DNA of 61,510 bases, from positions 1 to 61,510 of the forward strand of contig CAIWVZ010000064.1 in assembly GCA_903916245.1 (NCBI GenBank), given 5' to 3'. Origin of the DNA: an uncultured Planctomycetota bacterium. GTDB taxonomy: Bacteria; Planctomycetota; GCA-002687715; CAIWVZ01. Shown here one piece after another: positions 10,111 to 20,208 of the stretch. Positions within the stretch are counted from its first letter, which is position 1, and each line of letters starts with the position of its first letter. Below the pieces are notes generated by a model that did not search any database, was not told the DNA's origin, and saw only the letters and a list, made by a program, of their open reading frames with translations. Both the position numbers and the translations under genes were made by a program.

Positions 10111-11279
10111 ACTCCGTGGGCGGATCCCACGTAGCGACCCGCCTCGTCATGATCGCGCTCGCGGTAACGGTGGCCGCGTGTCGTTCGACGGGCGCGGATG
10201 TCGGTGCGTCTTCCGCATCGGATGTTCGCCGGATGGTCCACCGGACGCAGGTCCGAGTCCCCGGGCAGGACGGCGTCCACACGTCGCGCATCCCCGCATG
10301 CGCGGTGACCAACGAAGGGACGCTGCTCGCCGTCTACGACGCCCGCTGGAAACACTCCGGCGATCTTCCCGCCGACGTCGACGTCGTGCTGCAGACGTCG
10401 ACCGACCGTGGCCTCACGTGGTCGCCGATGCGGCGCATCATCGACTTCGATGCCGCGGAGCCGGGATCGAAAGGCAACGGCGTCGGTGATCCGGCGATTC
10501 TCGTGGATCGCGTGACGGGCGACATCCTCGTGGTCGCCTTGTGGTCCTTCGGCGATCGTGGATGGAACGGATCGAGGCCGGGGCTCTCGAAGGAGGAAAC
10601 CGGTCAGTGCGTGCTCGTCCGCTCCTCCGACGGAGGTCGATCGTGGTCGGCCCCCGTGTCGATCACGCCGTCGGTGAAAGACCCGTCGTGGCATCTGTTC
10701 TTCCAAGGCCCCGGCAACGGCATCACGCTGCGGGACGGCACGCTGGTCTTTCCGGCGCAGTGGCGCGGGGCCGATCGTGTGGCTCACAGCGCGTTCATGT
10801 GGAGCACGGATCGCGGAGCGACGTGGCGAGTGTCGCCACCCGCGCATCCCGGCAAGGCTCCCACGAGCGAATCGGCGATCGCCGAAGCGTCCGACGGCTC
10901 GCTCGTCCTTTCGATGCGCGACGAGACGCGCTCCGGACGCCGTCTCTTCGCGCGTTGGCGTTTCGACGGCGATATCGCGAAGGGTTCGTGGTCGCCGACG
11001 TGGGCGCCCTTCGAAGATCCCACCTGTATGGCGTCGATGATCCGACTGCCGAACGGACGCCTCCTGCACGCGAACGCGGCCGACCCGAAGCGCCGCGTGC
11101 GGCTCGCTCTGCGGGAAAGCTCCGACGACGGTTCGACGTGGTCGCAGCCGTGGATCGTCGATTCCGGGAAATGCGCGTATTCCTCGCTCGTCGCCTTCGA
11201 AGACGGGGACGTCGGCGTTCTGTTCGAACATGGGCTCGCCGATTCGATCGGCTGGATGTCGTTCGTCCTCGCGCGTTGA
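10107..11279 (+). CDS. exo-alpha-sialidase (BNR/Asp-box, GH33-like), lipoprotein
   Basis: Lipobox [11 protein letters not shown] motif (HTSRIPA), and four Asp-boxes: [35 protein letters not shown] overlaps the upstream stop (ATGA). Confidence 0.85.
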   Translation: MNSVGGSHVATRLVMIALAVTVAACRSTGADVGASSASDVRRMVHRTQVRVPGQDGVHTSRIPACAVTNEGTLLAVYDARWKHSGDLPADVDVVLQTSTDRGLTWSPMRRIIDFDAAEPGSKGNGVGDPAILVDRVTGDILVVALWSFGDRGWNGSRPGLSKEETGQCVLVRSSDGGRSWSAPVSITPSVKDPSWHLFFQGPGNGITLRDGTLVFPAQWRGADRVAHSAFMWSTDRGATWRVSPPAHPGKAPTSESAIAEASDGSLVLSMRDETRSGRRLFARWRFDGDIAKGSWSPTWAPFEDPTCMASMIRLPNGRLLHANAADPKRRVRLALRESSDDGSTWSQPWIVDSGKCAYSSLVAFEDGDVGVLFEHGLADSIGWMSFVLAR

Positions 11280-11280
11280 A

Positions 11281-12393
11281 TCAGATACCGCGCAACTCGA
11301 CGGCGCCCGATGTCGCGTAGAGGCCGTTCGCGGCCGAGGTCGTCACGGCGACCCCTTGTACGAGAAGGCTGAAGCCCGAAAGCCCCGTCGGCCAACAGAA
11401 CGACGTGCTGAATCCCGGCGCGGGGAGCGGGGCGAACGTCGACGGCGGGGACTGGAGCCCCGTGGTGGTGAGGAGAAAAATGGTCCCTTGAGTCAGATCG
11501 CTGGCCAGTCCGGGGAGGATGGGCTGCGGCATCAACGAGGTCGGAACGAACTGGCCGATGATGCCGAACGGAATGCCTGAATAATCGCCCTCGGGAGCGA
11601 CGGTGCGCAACGTGACCAAGCGTCCTCCCGCGACGGATTGAATTTCGAGTCCGCGAAGATGCCCGGCCGCCGCGATTCCCGAGGTCGCCACACACGGCGT
11701 GTTCAGCGTGTCGATGCGGGTCAGCAGATCGAGACGTTCGCCCGTCGACGGAAAGACGTTCGGAGCGAACAGGTCCCGTACGTGTTCCACGACGGCGCTG
11801 TGGATGCGGATGTCGTCGTCGATCGACGTGTGGGTGACGCCCGCATCGCCACACAGAGTTTCTGCGTTCACGTTGCGTTTCGTGCCGACGATGTCGAGGA
11901 CCGGAACGGGTTCGAGGAAAGACGTGCTCGTCTGGAAATAGTGATGGGCGTTCGGCAGTCCCGCCGGGAGAGAAATCGTGGTCGCTCCGAACGGACTCGA
12001 AGGAACGACGTGGTCGATCGAGACTTGGAGTGCGACATCGAGTCCCTGCGGGGCGAGGTAGGTCTGATGCAGGGCGTGCGTCGCGTTCGCTCCGAAACTG
12101 TGTCCGACGAGGACGCGCGTGGCGAAGGTCCCGTAGGACGCCATCCAGTTCGCGGCCCCGACGACGTTCAGGTAGGTGAAGTGCTCGACGTAGATCGTCG
12201 GTGCGCCTTGCGAGCCGTTGGCGAATTCGAGAATCATGCGTGCCCGGAGTGCCGTCATGCCGTTGTTCGTTCCGGCGTTGAAACCGCTGATCACGGCCAT
12301 GACGATCGGCGGCGTCGACAGTTGGGCGGCTGCCGAGCCCGTGAGCAAGAGGAGCGCGGCTGCGAGGCGACGGAGGCGGGAGACGGAGGGCAT
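11281..12393 (-). CDS. secreted alpha/beta-hydrolase (lipase-like) with C-terminal beta-rich module
   Basis: Start moved to the ATG at 12393, giving the signal peptide MPSVSRLRRLAAALLLLTGSAAAQ. Nucleophile elbow VLVGHSFGAN. The function of the C-terminal half is unknown. Confidence 0.55.
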   Translation of the reverse strand: MPSVSRLRRLAAALLLLTGSAAAQLSTPPIVMAVISGFNAGTNNGMTALRARMILEFANGSQGAPTIYVEHFTYLNVVGAANWMASYGTFATRVLVGHSFGANATHALHQTYLAPQGLDVALQVSIDHVVPSSPFGATTISLPAGLPNAHHYFQTSTSFLEPVPVLDIVGTKRNVNAETLCGDAGVTHTSIDDDIRIHSAVVEHVRDLFAPNVFPSTGERLDLLTRIDTLNTPCVATSGIAAAGHLRGLEIQSVAGGRLVTLRTVAPEGDYSGIPFGIIGQFVPTSLMPQPILPGLASDLTQGTIFLLTTTGLQSPPSTFAPLPAPGFSTSFCWPTGLSGFSLLVQGVAVTTSAANGLYATSGAVELRGI

Positions 12394-12521
12394 GGTGCGG
12401 GGCGCTTGGGAATGTCCCGCCCCATCGTCTACGATCGCACGTCCGACGCAAGCGGTATTCGGTCGAAAGGACGATGCGGATTCCTCATCGCGTGGATGGA
12501 GCGGCACGGAGGCGACGGGTC

Positions 12522-13613
12522 ATGACGGTATTTGCTTCACCGATCTTCCGGATTGTCGCGGTAGTCTCGGTCATGGTCGGTGGTCTTCTCGCGCAAGCCG
12601 AAACATGGACGCCGAGACTGCGCCGTATCGAGGCGTTGGTCGGCAGGCATTTTCGCGGGGAATCGCTCGAAGCCGAATCTCGTCGTGTGCAGGATCTGAC
12701 CCGTCGTTTCAACGAGAAGGTGGATGCCCGCAACAAGGACCTCGGAGCCCGGAAGGCCGCCATCGAACCCCAACTCGACGCCAGTCGTCGGATGGAGGCG
12801 GAGGTCGAAGCCCTCGATCGCGAGCTCGCCGCCATGCCGCGGCGCACGAACGAGGAGATACGGGCGTACAACGTCCGCATCGGGGTTCGCAACGCCCGTG
12901 TGGAGGCCTTGAAGGCTCTCAACGAAGAGGTCACGCGCAAGTTGCAGGATTTCAACGTCGTCGCCGAGGCGCTCGACAAGAGCATCGTCGCCGACGAAAA
13001 GGTTCTCGACGGAATTCGAGGAGCCTACGAAGCCCGCTTCGCGGCGCATCGCGCCTTCGTCGACGGTGGCGACGCCGCCGCCATGTTCGCCGACCTCAAT
13101 CGGGTGCTCGCCGAAGCGAAGCAGGAGCTTTCGACGAGGCGGAGTGCGGATGCCCTCGAGGCGGTCGAGCGGTGCCGATCCTTGCGACGGGAACTTGCCG
13201 ACTACGCCGTCGCCCAACAACGGGAGTCTCCGAACGGACTCATCCTCGTGCGGGGGATGCTCGATGGTGAACCCGTCTGCTTCATCGTCGATTCCGGGGC
13301 GACGACGGTCACGGTGTCGCGCGAACTGGTGGATGCCGTCGGGGCCGCCGATCGCATCGGCGAAGAGTCGACTCATGTGCTCGTCGGCGGCCTGCGGATC
13401 AAGGGGCACGCCGTCACACTCGATGCGCTCGAAGTGCTCGGTCGTCGCGAATCCGCCGTCGCAGCGTCGGTGTTGCCGAGCGATCAGGCCGGTGTCGACG
13501 GACTCCTCGGTCAGTCGTTTCTCGCGCGTTTCGTCGTCGTCCTCGACCGCGGTGCCGCGGAGCCCGTCGTCCTGAAGGACCGACCGCCCCGTCCGTCACC
13601 CCCGCCGCGCTAG
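12522..13613 (+). CDS. membrane-anchored retropepsin-like (clan AA) aspartic protease with long coiled-coil region
   Basis: ATG 12522 (GGAGG 9 nt upstream). N-terminal TM segment, about 200 aa of Glu/Arg/Ala-rich helix, then FIVDSGATTVTVS (D-S-G-A catalytic motif) and GLLGQSFL. Confidence 0.65.
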   Translation: MTVFASPIFRIVAVVSVMVGGLLAQAETWTPRLRRIEALVGRHFRGESLEAESRRVQDLTRRFNEKVDARNKDLGARKAAIEPQLDASRRMEAEVEALDRELAAMPRRTNEEIRAYNVRIGVRNARVEALKALNEEVTRKLQDFNVVAEALDKSIVADEKVLDGIRGAYEARFAAHRAFVDGGDAAAMFADLNRVLAEAKQELSTRRSADALEAVERCRSLRRELADYAVAQQRESPNGLILVRGMLDGEPVCFIVDSGATTVTVSRELVDAVGAADRIGEESTHVLVGGLRIKGHAVTLDALEVLGRRESAVAASVLPSDQAGVDGLLGQSFLARFVVVLDRGAAEPVVLKDRPPRPSPPPR

Positions 13614-14771
13614 AGCTTTTTCAAGGAACGCCTTCACCAACGGCTCGAGCTTGGCCCCTTCGCAGTTGCACATGACGGCCAATCCGAGTCCCACGTCCGG
13701 AACGATGGCGAGATAGGTCGACGTTTTTTCCTGTGATCCCGAATGTGCCAAGACGGCGCGACCGTCGATGTCGTACAGACCCCAACCGAATCCGTAGGTG
13801 GTCGCCTTTCCGTCGCGGGTTCGTCCGCGCGTCGCCATGAGAGCGCGGGAGGTCGGGGACAGTAGGCGTCCATCCATGACGCCCCGTCCGAAGCGCGCGA
13901 GATCCGCGACGTTGGACAGGTAGCCGCCACCGGGCAGCTTCCAACTCACGTCCGTGTCGCCGCTCTCGACCCAGGCGGCTCCTTTTTTCTTGTAGCCCTT
14001 CGCCCGGTTCGGGAGGCGCTTCCATCCGTAGTCGGGTTCGAACGACGTCATCCCGAGCGGGTGCGCGATACGGTCGCGCACTTGATCGACGTACGGGGCT
14101 CCTCCCGCCCGCTGCACCACCGCGCCGAGCAACATGTAGCCGTGCGTCGTGTAGGCGTATCGGGTACCCGGTTCGGCGAGGAGCGGCGACATCTTGAACG
14201 CATCGAGGGCACGAACGACGTCGGCCCATGCGTCGGGCGGTTCGGCGGGGCGGGGGAGAGCGATCACCTCGCCGTTCGAGTAGTGCACGATGCCGCCGAG
14301 ATGCCCTCCGAGGTGACGCGCGGTCACGGGCCACGGCTTTTCCGGAAACTCGGGCACCCAAGCACGCACGTCGCGGTCGAGATCGAGTTTTCCTTGTTCG
14401 ACGAGCTGCAACGCGGCGATCGCGGTGACGGGCTTCGAGATCGACGCCCACCGCCACCGTGTCGTCGGCCCCGCCTTCACGCCCCGTTCGCGGTCTTCGA
14501 ATCCGAGGTGGTTCACGTAGGTCGTGCCGTTCGGCGCGAGCAGCGCCCAGCCGAGCCCGACCCATCCTTCACGGTGGAAGGCGGCTTCGAGATCCGCATG
14601 GACGAACGAGGGGTCCACGAGATCCGCGTCGGCCGTTCGCGAACTCGCACCCGTCCTCGGCGGAACTTCCGTCCGGGACCGTACCGGACGGGAGTCGACG
14701 TCCTGCGCACGGGCCGTCACGACGATCAGTACGGCGACGAATGAAGTCGAAAGGAGGCGCGAAACGTTCAT
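13596..14771 (-). CDS. serine hydrolase, beta-lactamase (class C/PBP4*-like) family, secreted
   Basis: Signal peptide MNVSRLLSTSFVAVLIVVTARAQ. SxxK motif WASISKPVTA and YxN motif HYSNGE. Confidence 0.8.
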   Translation of the reverse strand: MNVSRLLSTSFVAVLIVVTARAQDVDSRPVRSRTEVPPRTGASSRTADADLVDPSFVHADLEAAFHREGWVGLGWALLAPNGTTYVNHLGFEDRERGVKAGPTTRWRWASISKPVTAIAALQLVEQGKLDLDRDVRAWVPEFPEKPWPVTARHLGGHLGGIVHYSNGEVIALPRPAEPPDAWADVVRALDAFKMSPLLAEPGTRYAYTTHGYMLLGAVVQRAGGAPYVDQVRDRIAHPLGMTSFEPDYGWKRLPNRAKGYKKKGAAWVESGDTDVSWKLPGGGYLSNVADLARFGRGVMDGRLLSPTSRALMATRGRTRDGKATTYGFGWGLYDIDGRAVLAHSGSQEKTSTYLAIVPDVGLGLAVMCNCEGAKLEPLVKAFLEKALARRG

Positions 14772-14900
14772 GACCGCATACTAGGCGTCTTCGCGCATCT
14801 TCGCCGAGGAAGGAACGAGGCCGAGGCGGCCGTATCCTCGAATTGGGGTGGGGGGCCGCGGCGGCGGCGCCGGTGGATCGGGGGCGGGTGGAGGTTAGAG

Positions 14901-16472
14901 TTGATCGATGGGCCTTCGGGTCCGGCGACCTCCATGCAACCGACCACGATTCGGGAACTCATCGAGCGGCAGGCCGACGTCCGGGGCAAGGCCCCCTATC
15001 TCGTATTCGAGGACGACGGCCGGGTGGTGACCTATCGCGACTTGGACGAACTCACGGCGCAGTTCGGACACCTGCTCCACCGCCTCGGCGTCTCCCGCGG
15101 CGACGTGATCAGTTTGATGCTGCCGAACATCCCCGAGTTCATCTACGCGTACTTCGGTGCGATGCGCGTCGGGGTCGCGGCGGGGCCGATCAACACGGCC
15201 CTCAAGGGACCGGAGATCGCCTACATCCTGAACAACTCCGAGGCGAAGGTGCTGGTCACGGAGCAGAAGTATTTGGACGAAGTGCTTCGGGTCAAGGACG
15301 ACCTCAAACACCTGAAGCACATCCTGATGGTGGGGACGCCGTGCCCGGAGGGCACGTTGGACTTCTACAAGGAACTTTATAAAGAGCCGACGACGCGTCC
15401 GGCCGTCGACGTCCGCCCCGACGACCTCTCGGAGATCATCTACACGTCGGGGACGACGGGGAATCCGAAGGGCGTCATGCTGACGCACCGAAACATGATC
15501 GCCGACGCGCGGATCATCACCGACTGGTTCGGTTTCGATCCCGAGACCCGCATGAACTGCATCCTTCCGCTGTTCCACGTAAACGCGGAAGTCGTGACGA
15601 CGATCACGCCGCTGTGGTTCGGGGGAAGCGTGGTGCTGACGCAGCGCTTCTCGCCGGGATCGTTCTGGAAGACCATCGAGCGCTACCGCGTCAACGTGGT
15701 CAGCGTGGTTCCGACGATCCTCTCGATCCTCGCGGCTCGCCGCCGGTCGGAAGGACCCGGCGATCTGTCGTCGGTCCGTTTCTTCATCTGCGGCGCCGCG
15801 CCGCTTCCCGAAGAAGTTCAACTGTCGTTCGAACGCGACTTCGGCATTCCCGTCTTCGAAGGCTACGGACTGTCGGAGACGACCTGCTACTCGTCGTTCA
15901 ATCCTCCCGATCTCGCGAAGCGCAAGGTGGGGTCGGTGGGCGTCGCGGTCGGCAACGAGATGTGCATCCTCGACGACGACTGCAATCCGGTCTCCGACGG
16001 CGAGTTGGGCGAGATCTGCATCCGCGGCGAGAACGTGATGACGGGCTACTACAAGATGCCCGAAGCCACGGCCACGGCGTTCGAAGGCGGGTGGTTCCAC
16101 TCCGGCGACATCGGATTCCGCGACGCCGACGGGTTCTACTTCATCCGCGACCGCAAGAAGGACATGATCATCCGAGGCGGTGAGAACATCTATCCGCGAG
16201 AGATCGACGAAGCGCTCTACCGCCATCCGAAGATCCGTGACGCCGCGACGATCGGGGTTCCGCATCCGATGTACGGCGAAGAGCCGAAGTCCTACGTGGT
16301 CGTGAAGGAGGGCGAGACCCTCGACGCCCACGAAGTGATGGCGTGGTGCCGCGCGAACTTGGCGGACTTCAAGTGCCCGCGTTCCGTGGCCTTCATCGCC
16401 GAGATTCCGAAGGGACCGTCCGGAAAACTCCTGCGCAGGGCGCTGCGCGACCTCGACAAGGGAACCCGCTGA
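14901..16472 (+). CDS. AMP-dependent acyl-CoA synthetase/ligase
   Basis: TTG start with GGTGGAGG upstream. IIYTSGTTGNPKGVMLTH, GYGLSET, SGDIGFRDADGFYFIRDRKKDMIIRGGENIYP, PKGPSGKLLRR. Confidence 0.9.
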   Translation: MIDGPSGPATSMQPTTIRELIERQADVRGKAPYLVFEDDGRVVTYRDLDELTAQFGHLLHRLGVSRGDVISLMLPNIPEFIYAYFGAMRVGVAAGPINTALKGPEIAYILNNSEAKVLVTEQKYLDEVLRVKDDLKHLKHILMVGTPCPEGTLDFYKELYKEPTTRPAVDVRPDDLSEIIYTSGTTGNPKGVMLTHRNMIADARIITDWFGFDPETRMNCILPLFHVNAEVVTTITPLWFGGSVVLTQRFSPGSFWKTIERYRVNVVSVVPTILSILAARRRSEGPGDLSSVRFFICGAAPLPEEVQLSFERDFGIPVFEGYGLSETTCYSSFNPPDLAKRKVGSVGVAVGNEMCILDDDCNPVSDGELGEICIRGENVMTGYYKMPEATATAFEGGWFHSGDIGFRDADGFYFIRDRKKDMIIRGGENIYPREIDEALYRHPKIRDAATIGVPHPMYGEEPKSYVVVKEGETLDAHEVMAWCRANLADFKCPRSVAFIAEIPKGPSGKLLRRALRDLDKGTR

Positions 16473-17566
16473 TGGATCGTTCCGATTCCGACCTCCTCTT
16501 GTCCGAAGAGCAGGCCATTCTTCAGAAGACGTTGCGCGATTTCGTCGCCGAACGCGTGACGCCCGTCGCGGAGGCTCTCGATCATGATGCGGCGCACCCG
16601 GAGGCTCTCGTCGCGGGGATGGCCGAACTCGGCCTGTTCGGCATCCTCGTCCCGACGGATGCCGGTGGTGTCGGGATGGGGCACCTCGCGCACGGCCTCG
16701 CCGTGGAAGAACTCGCGTGCGGTGCGGGCGGACTCGGTGCGATTCTTGCGGCCCACGGTCTCGCCACCGACGCGCTCGTCGGATCCGGGATCGCATCCCC
16801 GTTTCTCGCGGACGCGGCGTCGGGGGCGGCCCTTCTCGCCCCCGCGTTGCAGGAGGACGACGCGCAGCTCGTGACGTCCGAAGCCTCGGCCGTCGACGGC
16901 GGCTGGGTGCTGACGGGACGCAAGGTTCAGGTCGCGTTTCCCGGACGCGCCGCGGGTTTCGTCGTGCTCGCGCGCGAAGACAAGTCGTATGCGTTGTTTT
17001 TCGCGACGGCGGGGGCCGCCGGCCTCCGTCACGACGGTCCCGATGAACGACTGTCGCTCAACTGCCTCGAAACCGGGACGCTCGTGCTCGACCGAACTCC
17101 CGCTACCCGACTCGGCGGGGCCGACCTCGTCGCCCGCGTGCTCGCCTCGGCCCGCATCGCGGTCTCGTGCCTGCTCGCCGGGATCGGGCGCGGTGCCGTC
17201 GCGGCGGCCATGAAGTACGCCCACGAGCGCAAGCAGTTCGACCGCTTCCTCCACGAATTCGTCGCGATGCAGGAACGCATGTCGCGCGGCGACGCGCGCG
17301 TCGAAGCCGCCCGCGCTTTGGCCCACGGAGCGGCGCGTCTCCGCGATCGCGGAGAACCGTGCGGCCTCGCGGCGGCACGCGCTCGGCTCGTCGCGGGTGA
17401 AGCGGCCATGTCCGCCGCGGACGACGCGCTCCAAGTGTTCGGCGGTTACGGGTTCAGTCGGGAATATCCGGCGGAGCGCTTTTACCGCGACGCACGCTTC
17501 ACCGGTTTCGGCGAATCCCATCCTCCGGCGCTCTACCTCAACATCACGAAGGGCATCGCACCATGA
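16472..17566 (+). CDS. acyl-CoA dehydrogenase family protein
   Basis: Internal ATG 16472 overlaps the ligase stop by 1 nt (TGATG). MDRSDSDLLLSEEQAILQKTLRDFV, AMKYAHERKQF, QVFGGYGFSREYPAERFYRDAR. Confidence 0.8.
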   Translation: MDRSDSDLLLSEEQAILQKTLRDFVAERVTPVAEALDHDAAHPEALVAGMAELGLFGILVPTDAGGVGMGHLAHGLAVEELACGAGGLGAILAAHGLATDALVGSGIASPFLADAASGAALLAPALQEDDAQLVTSEASAVDGGWVLTGRKVQVAFPGRAAGFVVLAREDKSYALFFATAGAAGLRHDGPDERLSLNCLETGTLVLDRTPATRLGGADLVARVLASARIAVSCLLAGIGRGAVAAAMKYAHERKQFDRFLHEFVAMQERMSRGDARVEAARALAHGAARLRDRGEPCGLAAARARLVAGEAAMSAADDALQVFGGYGFSREYPAERFYRDARFTGFGESHPPALYLNITKGIAP

Positions 17567-18135
17567 GCACTCGGCCCCGGTTGGTCGTCGGAATCTCCGG
17601 ATCGTCGGGGCCGCACTTCGGCGTGCGCCTCCTCGAAGTGATGAAGGCTCGCGGTACCCACGAGGTGCACCTCGTGGTGACGCCGGGCGCCGCGCTCACG
17701 ATGCGTCACGAGATGCCCGAGCGCTCGCTCGCGTCGGTGCACGCGTTGGCGGACGTCGTCCACGACGACCGCGATTTGGCCGCTCCGATCGCATCGGGGT
17801 CGTTTCTGCACGACGGGATGATCATCGTGCCCGCGAGCATGAAGACCTGCGGCAACCTCGTCGCGTGCAACGCGGGGAATCTTCTCGTCCGTGCCGCCGA
17901 CGTGACGTTGAAGGAACGTCGGACCCTCGTCGTGGTGCCGCGCGAGGCGCCGCTGCATCTCGGGCATCTGCGGATTCTCTCGTCGCTCGCGGAGATCGGT
18001 GCCGTCGTGTTGCCTCCGGCGATCGCTTTCTATCACCGCCCGAAGACCCTCGAAGACGCGGTCGATCACATCGTCGGCAAGTGTCTCGACTCGCTGAAGA
18101 TCCCCCACGACCTCTTCCGTCGCTGGGGGTCGTGA
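17563..18135 (+). CDS. ubiX: flavin prenyltransferase (prFMN synthase) UbiX
   Basis: 190 aa. VVGISGSSGPHFGVRLLE, IIVPASMKTCG, ADVTLKERRTLVVVPRE. ATGA overlap with the upstream ACAD. Confidence 0.9.
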   Translation: MSTRPRLVVGISGSSGPHFGVRLLEVMKARGTHEVHLVVTPGAALTMRHEMPERSLASVHALADVVHDDRDLAAPIASGSFLHDGMIIVPASMKTCGNLVACNAGNLLVRAADVTLKERRTLVVVPREAPLHLGHLRILSSLAEIGAVVLPPAIAFYHRPKTLEDAVDHIVGKCLDSLKIPHDLFRRWGS

Positions 18136-18153
18136 CGCGGATCGCGTGGCGGA

Positions 18154-19071
18154 TCAGACTTCGATCCGCAGGAGGTCGTGGGCCATGATGAGGTCGGGGA
18201 AGACCTCGCGCCCTTCCGTTTCGAGTTGAGCGAGTGCCGCACCCTCGTAGCGGGTCGAGAAGTGGGTCGCGATGAACTTCTTCGCCCCCGCACCGCGCGC
18301 GATCGTGGCCGCGTGGCGGATCGTGGAATGCTTGCGGTCGAGCGCCATGTCGAGTTGGTCGTCGCCGTACGTCGCTTCGTGGATGATGAGATCGACGTCC
18401 GCGGCGAGCCGACGAGCCGCGATGCAGAATCCCGTGTCCGTGATGTAGGCGACCGACTTGCCTTTGCGCGGGGGCCCGACGAGTTCGTCGGGATGCACGA
18501 CGCGGCCGTCGCGGAGCGTGATGGATTCACCGCGTTGGAGCAGTCCCCGTTCCGGTCCGAACGGAACACCGAGGGCGTCGGCCTTCGCGCCGTCGAACTT
18601 GCCCGGCAGGTCTTTTTCCTGGAACCGATACCCGAGCGACGGAATCGTGTGGTCGAGCGGGGCCGACGTCACGATGTAGTCGTCCTCCTCGCAGATGACG
18701 CCTTCGTGGTTCGGGGGAAATTCTTCGATCCGGAGTTCGAACCCGAGGCGGGTGGTCCGCGGGAAGTTCAGGATGAAGTCGATGTAGCGCCGGATGCCCT
18801 TCGGGCCGTAGATCGTGAGCGGAGTGTCCCGCTGTCCGAGATTCATCGTCGAGATGAAGCCCGGCAGTCCGAAGATGTGGTCGCCGTGCAGATGCGTGAT
18901 GAAGATCTTGCCGAACTTGCGACGGGGGAGTTCGGCCTTCATGAAGCGGAACTGGGTGCCTTCGCCGCAATCGAACAGAAGGACTTCGCCTTCCCGCAGG
19001 ATGGCCGTGCCGGAGAGCCAGCGGCGCATGGTGGGAGCGGCGCTCGAGGTGCCTAGGATGACGACTTCCAT
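18154..19071 (-). CDS. rnz: ribonuclease Z
   Basis: C-terminal 305 aa of track ORF 18154..20010; the upstream part is shadow over selD. MEVVILGTSSAAPT, ITHLHGDHIFGLPG, IHEATY, THFSTRY. Confidence 0.9.
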   Translation of the reverse strand: MEVVILGTSSAAPTMRRWLSGTAILREGEVLLFDCGEGTQFRFMKAELPRRKFGKIFITHLHGDHIFGLPGFISTMNLGQRDTPLTIYGPKGIRRYIDFILNFPRTTRLGFELRIEEFPPNHEGVICEEDDYIVTSAPLDHTIPSLGYRFQEKDLPGKFDGAKADALGVPFGPERGLLQRGESITLRDGRVVHPDELVGPPRKGKSVAYITDTGFCIAARRLAADVDLIIHEATYGDDQLDMALDRKHSTIRHAATIARGAGAKKFIATHFSTRYEGAALAQLETEGREVFPDLIMAHDLLRIEV

Positions 19072-19167
19072 GGGGTTCCGGAGGGCCGTGATGATACGCC
19101 GTCGCGCGTCCCTTGCCACGACCGCGACGGTTTCCGACCGGAAGGACGCAGTTGCTAGAGTTCGGGC

Positions 19168-20205
19168 ATGACCGAGTCCACGCGTCTCACAAGTCTGTCG
19201 CCGGGCGGGGGTTGAGCCTCGAAGATCGGCCCGGCCGATCTGGCGCAGGTTCTGCGCCGCCTCCCTTTGGTGACGGACCCCTCCGTCCTCGTCGGCGTTG
19301 AAACCGGCGACGACGCCGCGGTCTACCGCACGCCGTCGGGCGACCTGATCGTCGCGACGTTGGACTTCTTCACGCCCGTGGTGGACGACCCCTTCGATTT
19401 CGGGCGCGTCGCCGCCGCGAATTCGCTCTCCGACGTCTACGCGATGGGCGGTCGCCCGCTCTTCGCGCTTTCGGTGGTCGCCTATCCGGTGAAGCAGGGA
19501 CTCGACATGCTCGGTCGCATCATGGACGGTGCGACCGCGATCGCGCAGGAGGCGGGCATCCCGATCCTCGGTGGTCATTCCATCGACGACACGGTGCCCA
19601 AGTTCGGCCTCGTGGCGGTCGGCATCGTCCTTCCGCAGCACCTCACCGCGAACAAGGGTGCGCGCCCCGGCGATCGCCTCTATCTGACGAAACCCCTGGG
19701 TTCCGGCGCGCTCACCGGCGCACTGAAGCGCGGGTTGATCGACGCGGACACGATCCGTCGCGTCACCGAAACGATGGCGACGCTCAACCGTCGCGGCGCC
19801 GAAGCCATGAACGAAGCGGGCGCACGCGCGGCGACGGACATCACCGGATTCGGGCTTCTCGGTCACCTGCAGAAGATGATGGCCGCGGGCGGCACCGAAG
19901 CACGTCTTCGATTCTCGGCGCTGCCGTTCATCGAAGGCGCCGTGCCGCTCTACGAAGCGGGGACCGTCCCGGGCGGCACGAAGCGCAATCTCGACCACTT
20001 CGGCTGCCATGCCGTGTTCGACGGTGCCCCGTCATGGGCGCCGTTGGCGGTCGCCGACGCGCAGACGTCGGGGGGCCTTCTCATCGCGATCGCGCCCGAT
20101 CTTGCCGACGCCCTCGAACGGGCATTGTCGGCGCGCGGTGTTCCGGTTCACGCGGTGGGTGACGTCGTCGAAGGCGTTGCGGGTCGCGTGGTCGTCGGCG
20201 CCTAA
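19168..20205 (+). CDS. selD: selenide, water dikinase (selenophosphate synthetase) SelD, Sec-containing form
   Basis: The track starts at TTG 19267. The same frame opens at ATG 19168: MTESTRLTSLSPGGG-TGA(19213-19215)-ASKIGPADLAQVL. The TGA aligns with catalytic Cys17 of E. coli SelD ([10 protein letters not shown]). The rest is canonical SelD: DDAAVY, DFFTPVVDDPFDFGRVAAANSLSDVYAMGG, GGHSIDD, DITGFGLLGHL, DAQTSGGLL. Confidence 0.85.
19223..19258 (+). promoter_or_regulatory. candidate bacterial SECIS (two adjacent hairpins) 3' of the selD UGA
   Basis: AGATCGG-CCCGG-CCGATCT (19223-19241) and GGCGCAG-GTT-CTGCGCC (19242-19258), starting 8 nt after the UGA. Confidence 0.55.
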
Positions 20206-20208
20206 GCG

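Noticed and set aside
19072-20010. N-terminal 313-aa extension of the RNase Z ORF (track 18154..20010)
   Set aside because: The extension is antisense to selD, Arg/Asp-rich and lacks homology features. RNase Z begins naturally at MEVVILGTSS (19071), giving the usual ~305 aa.
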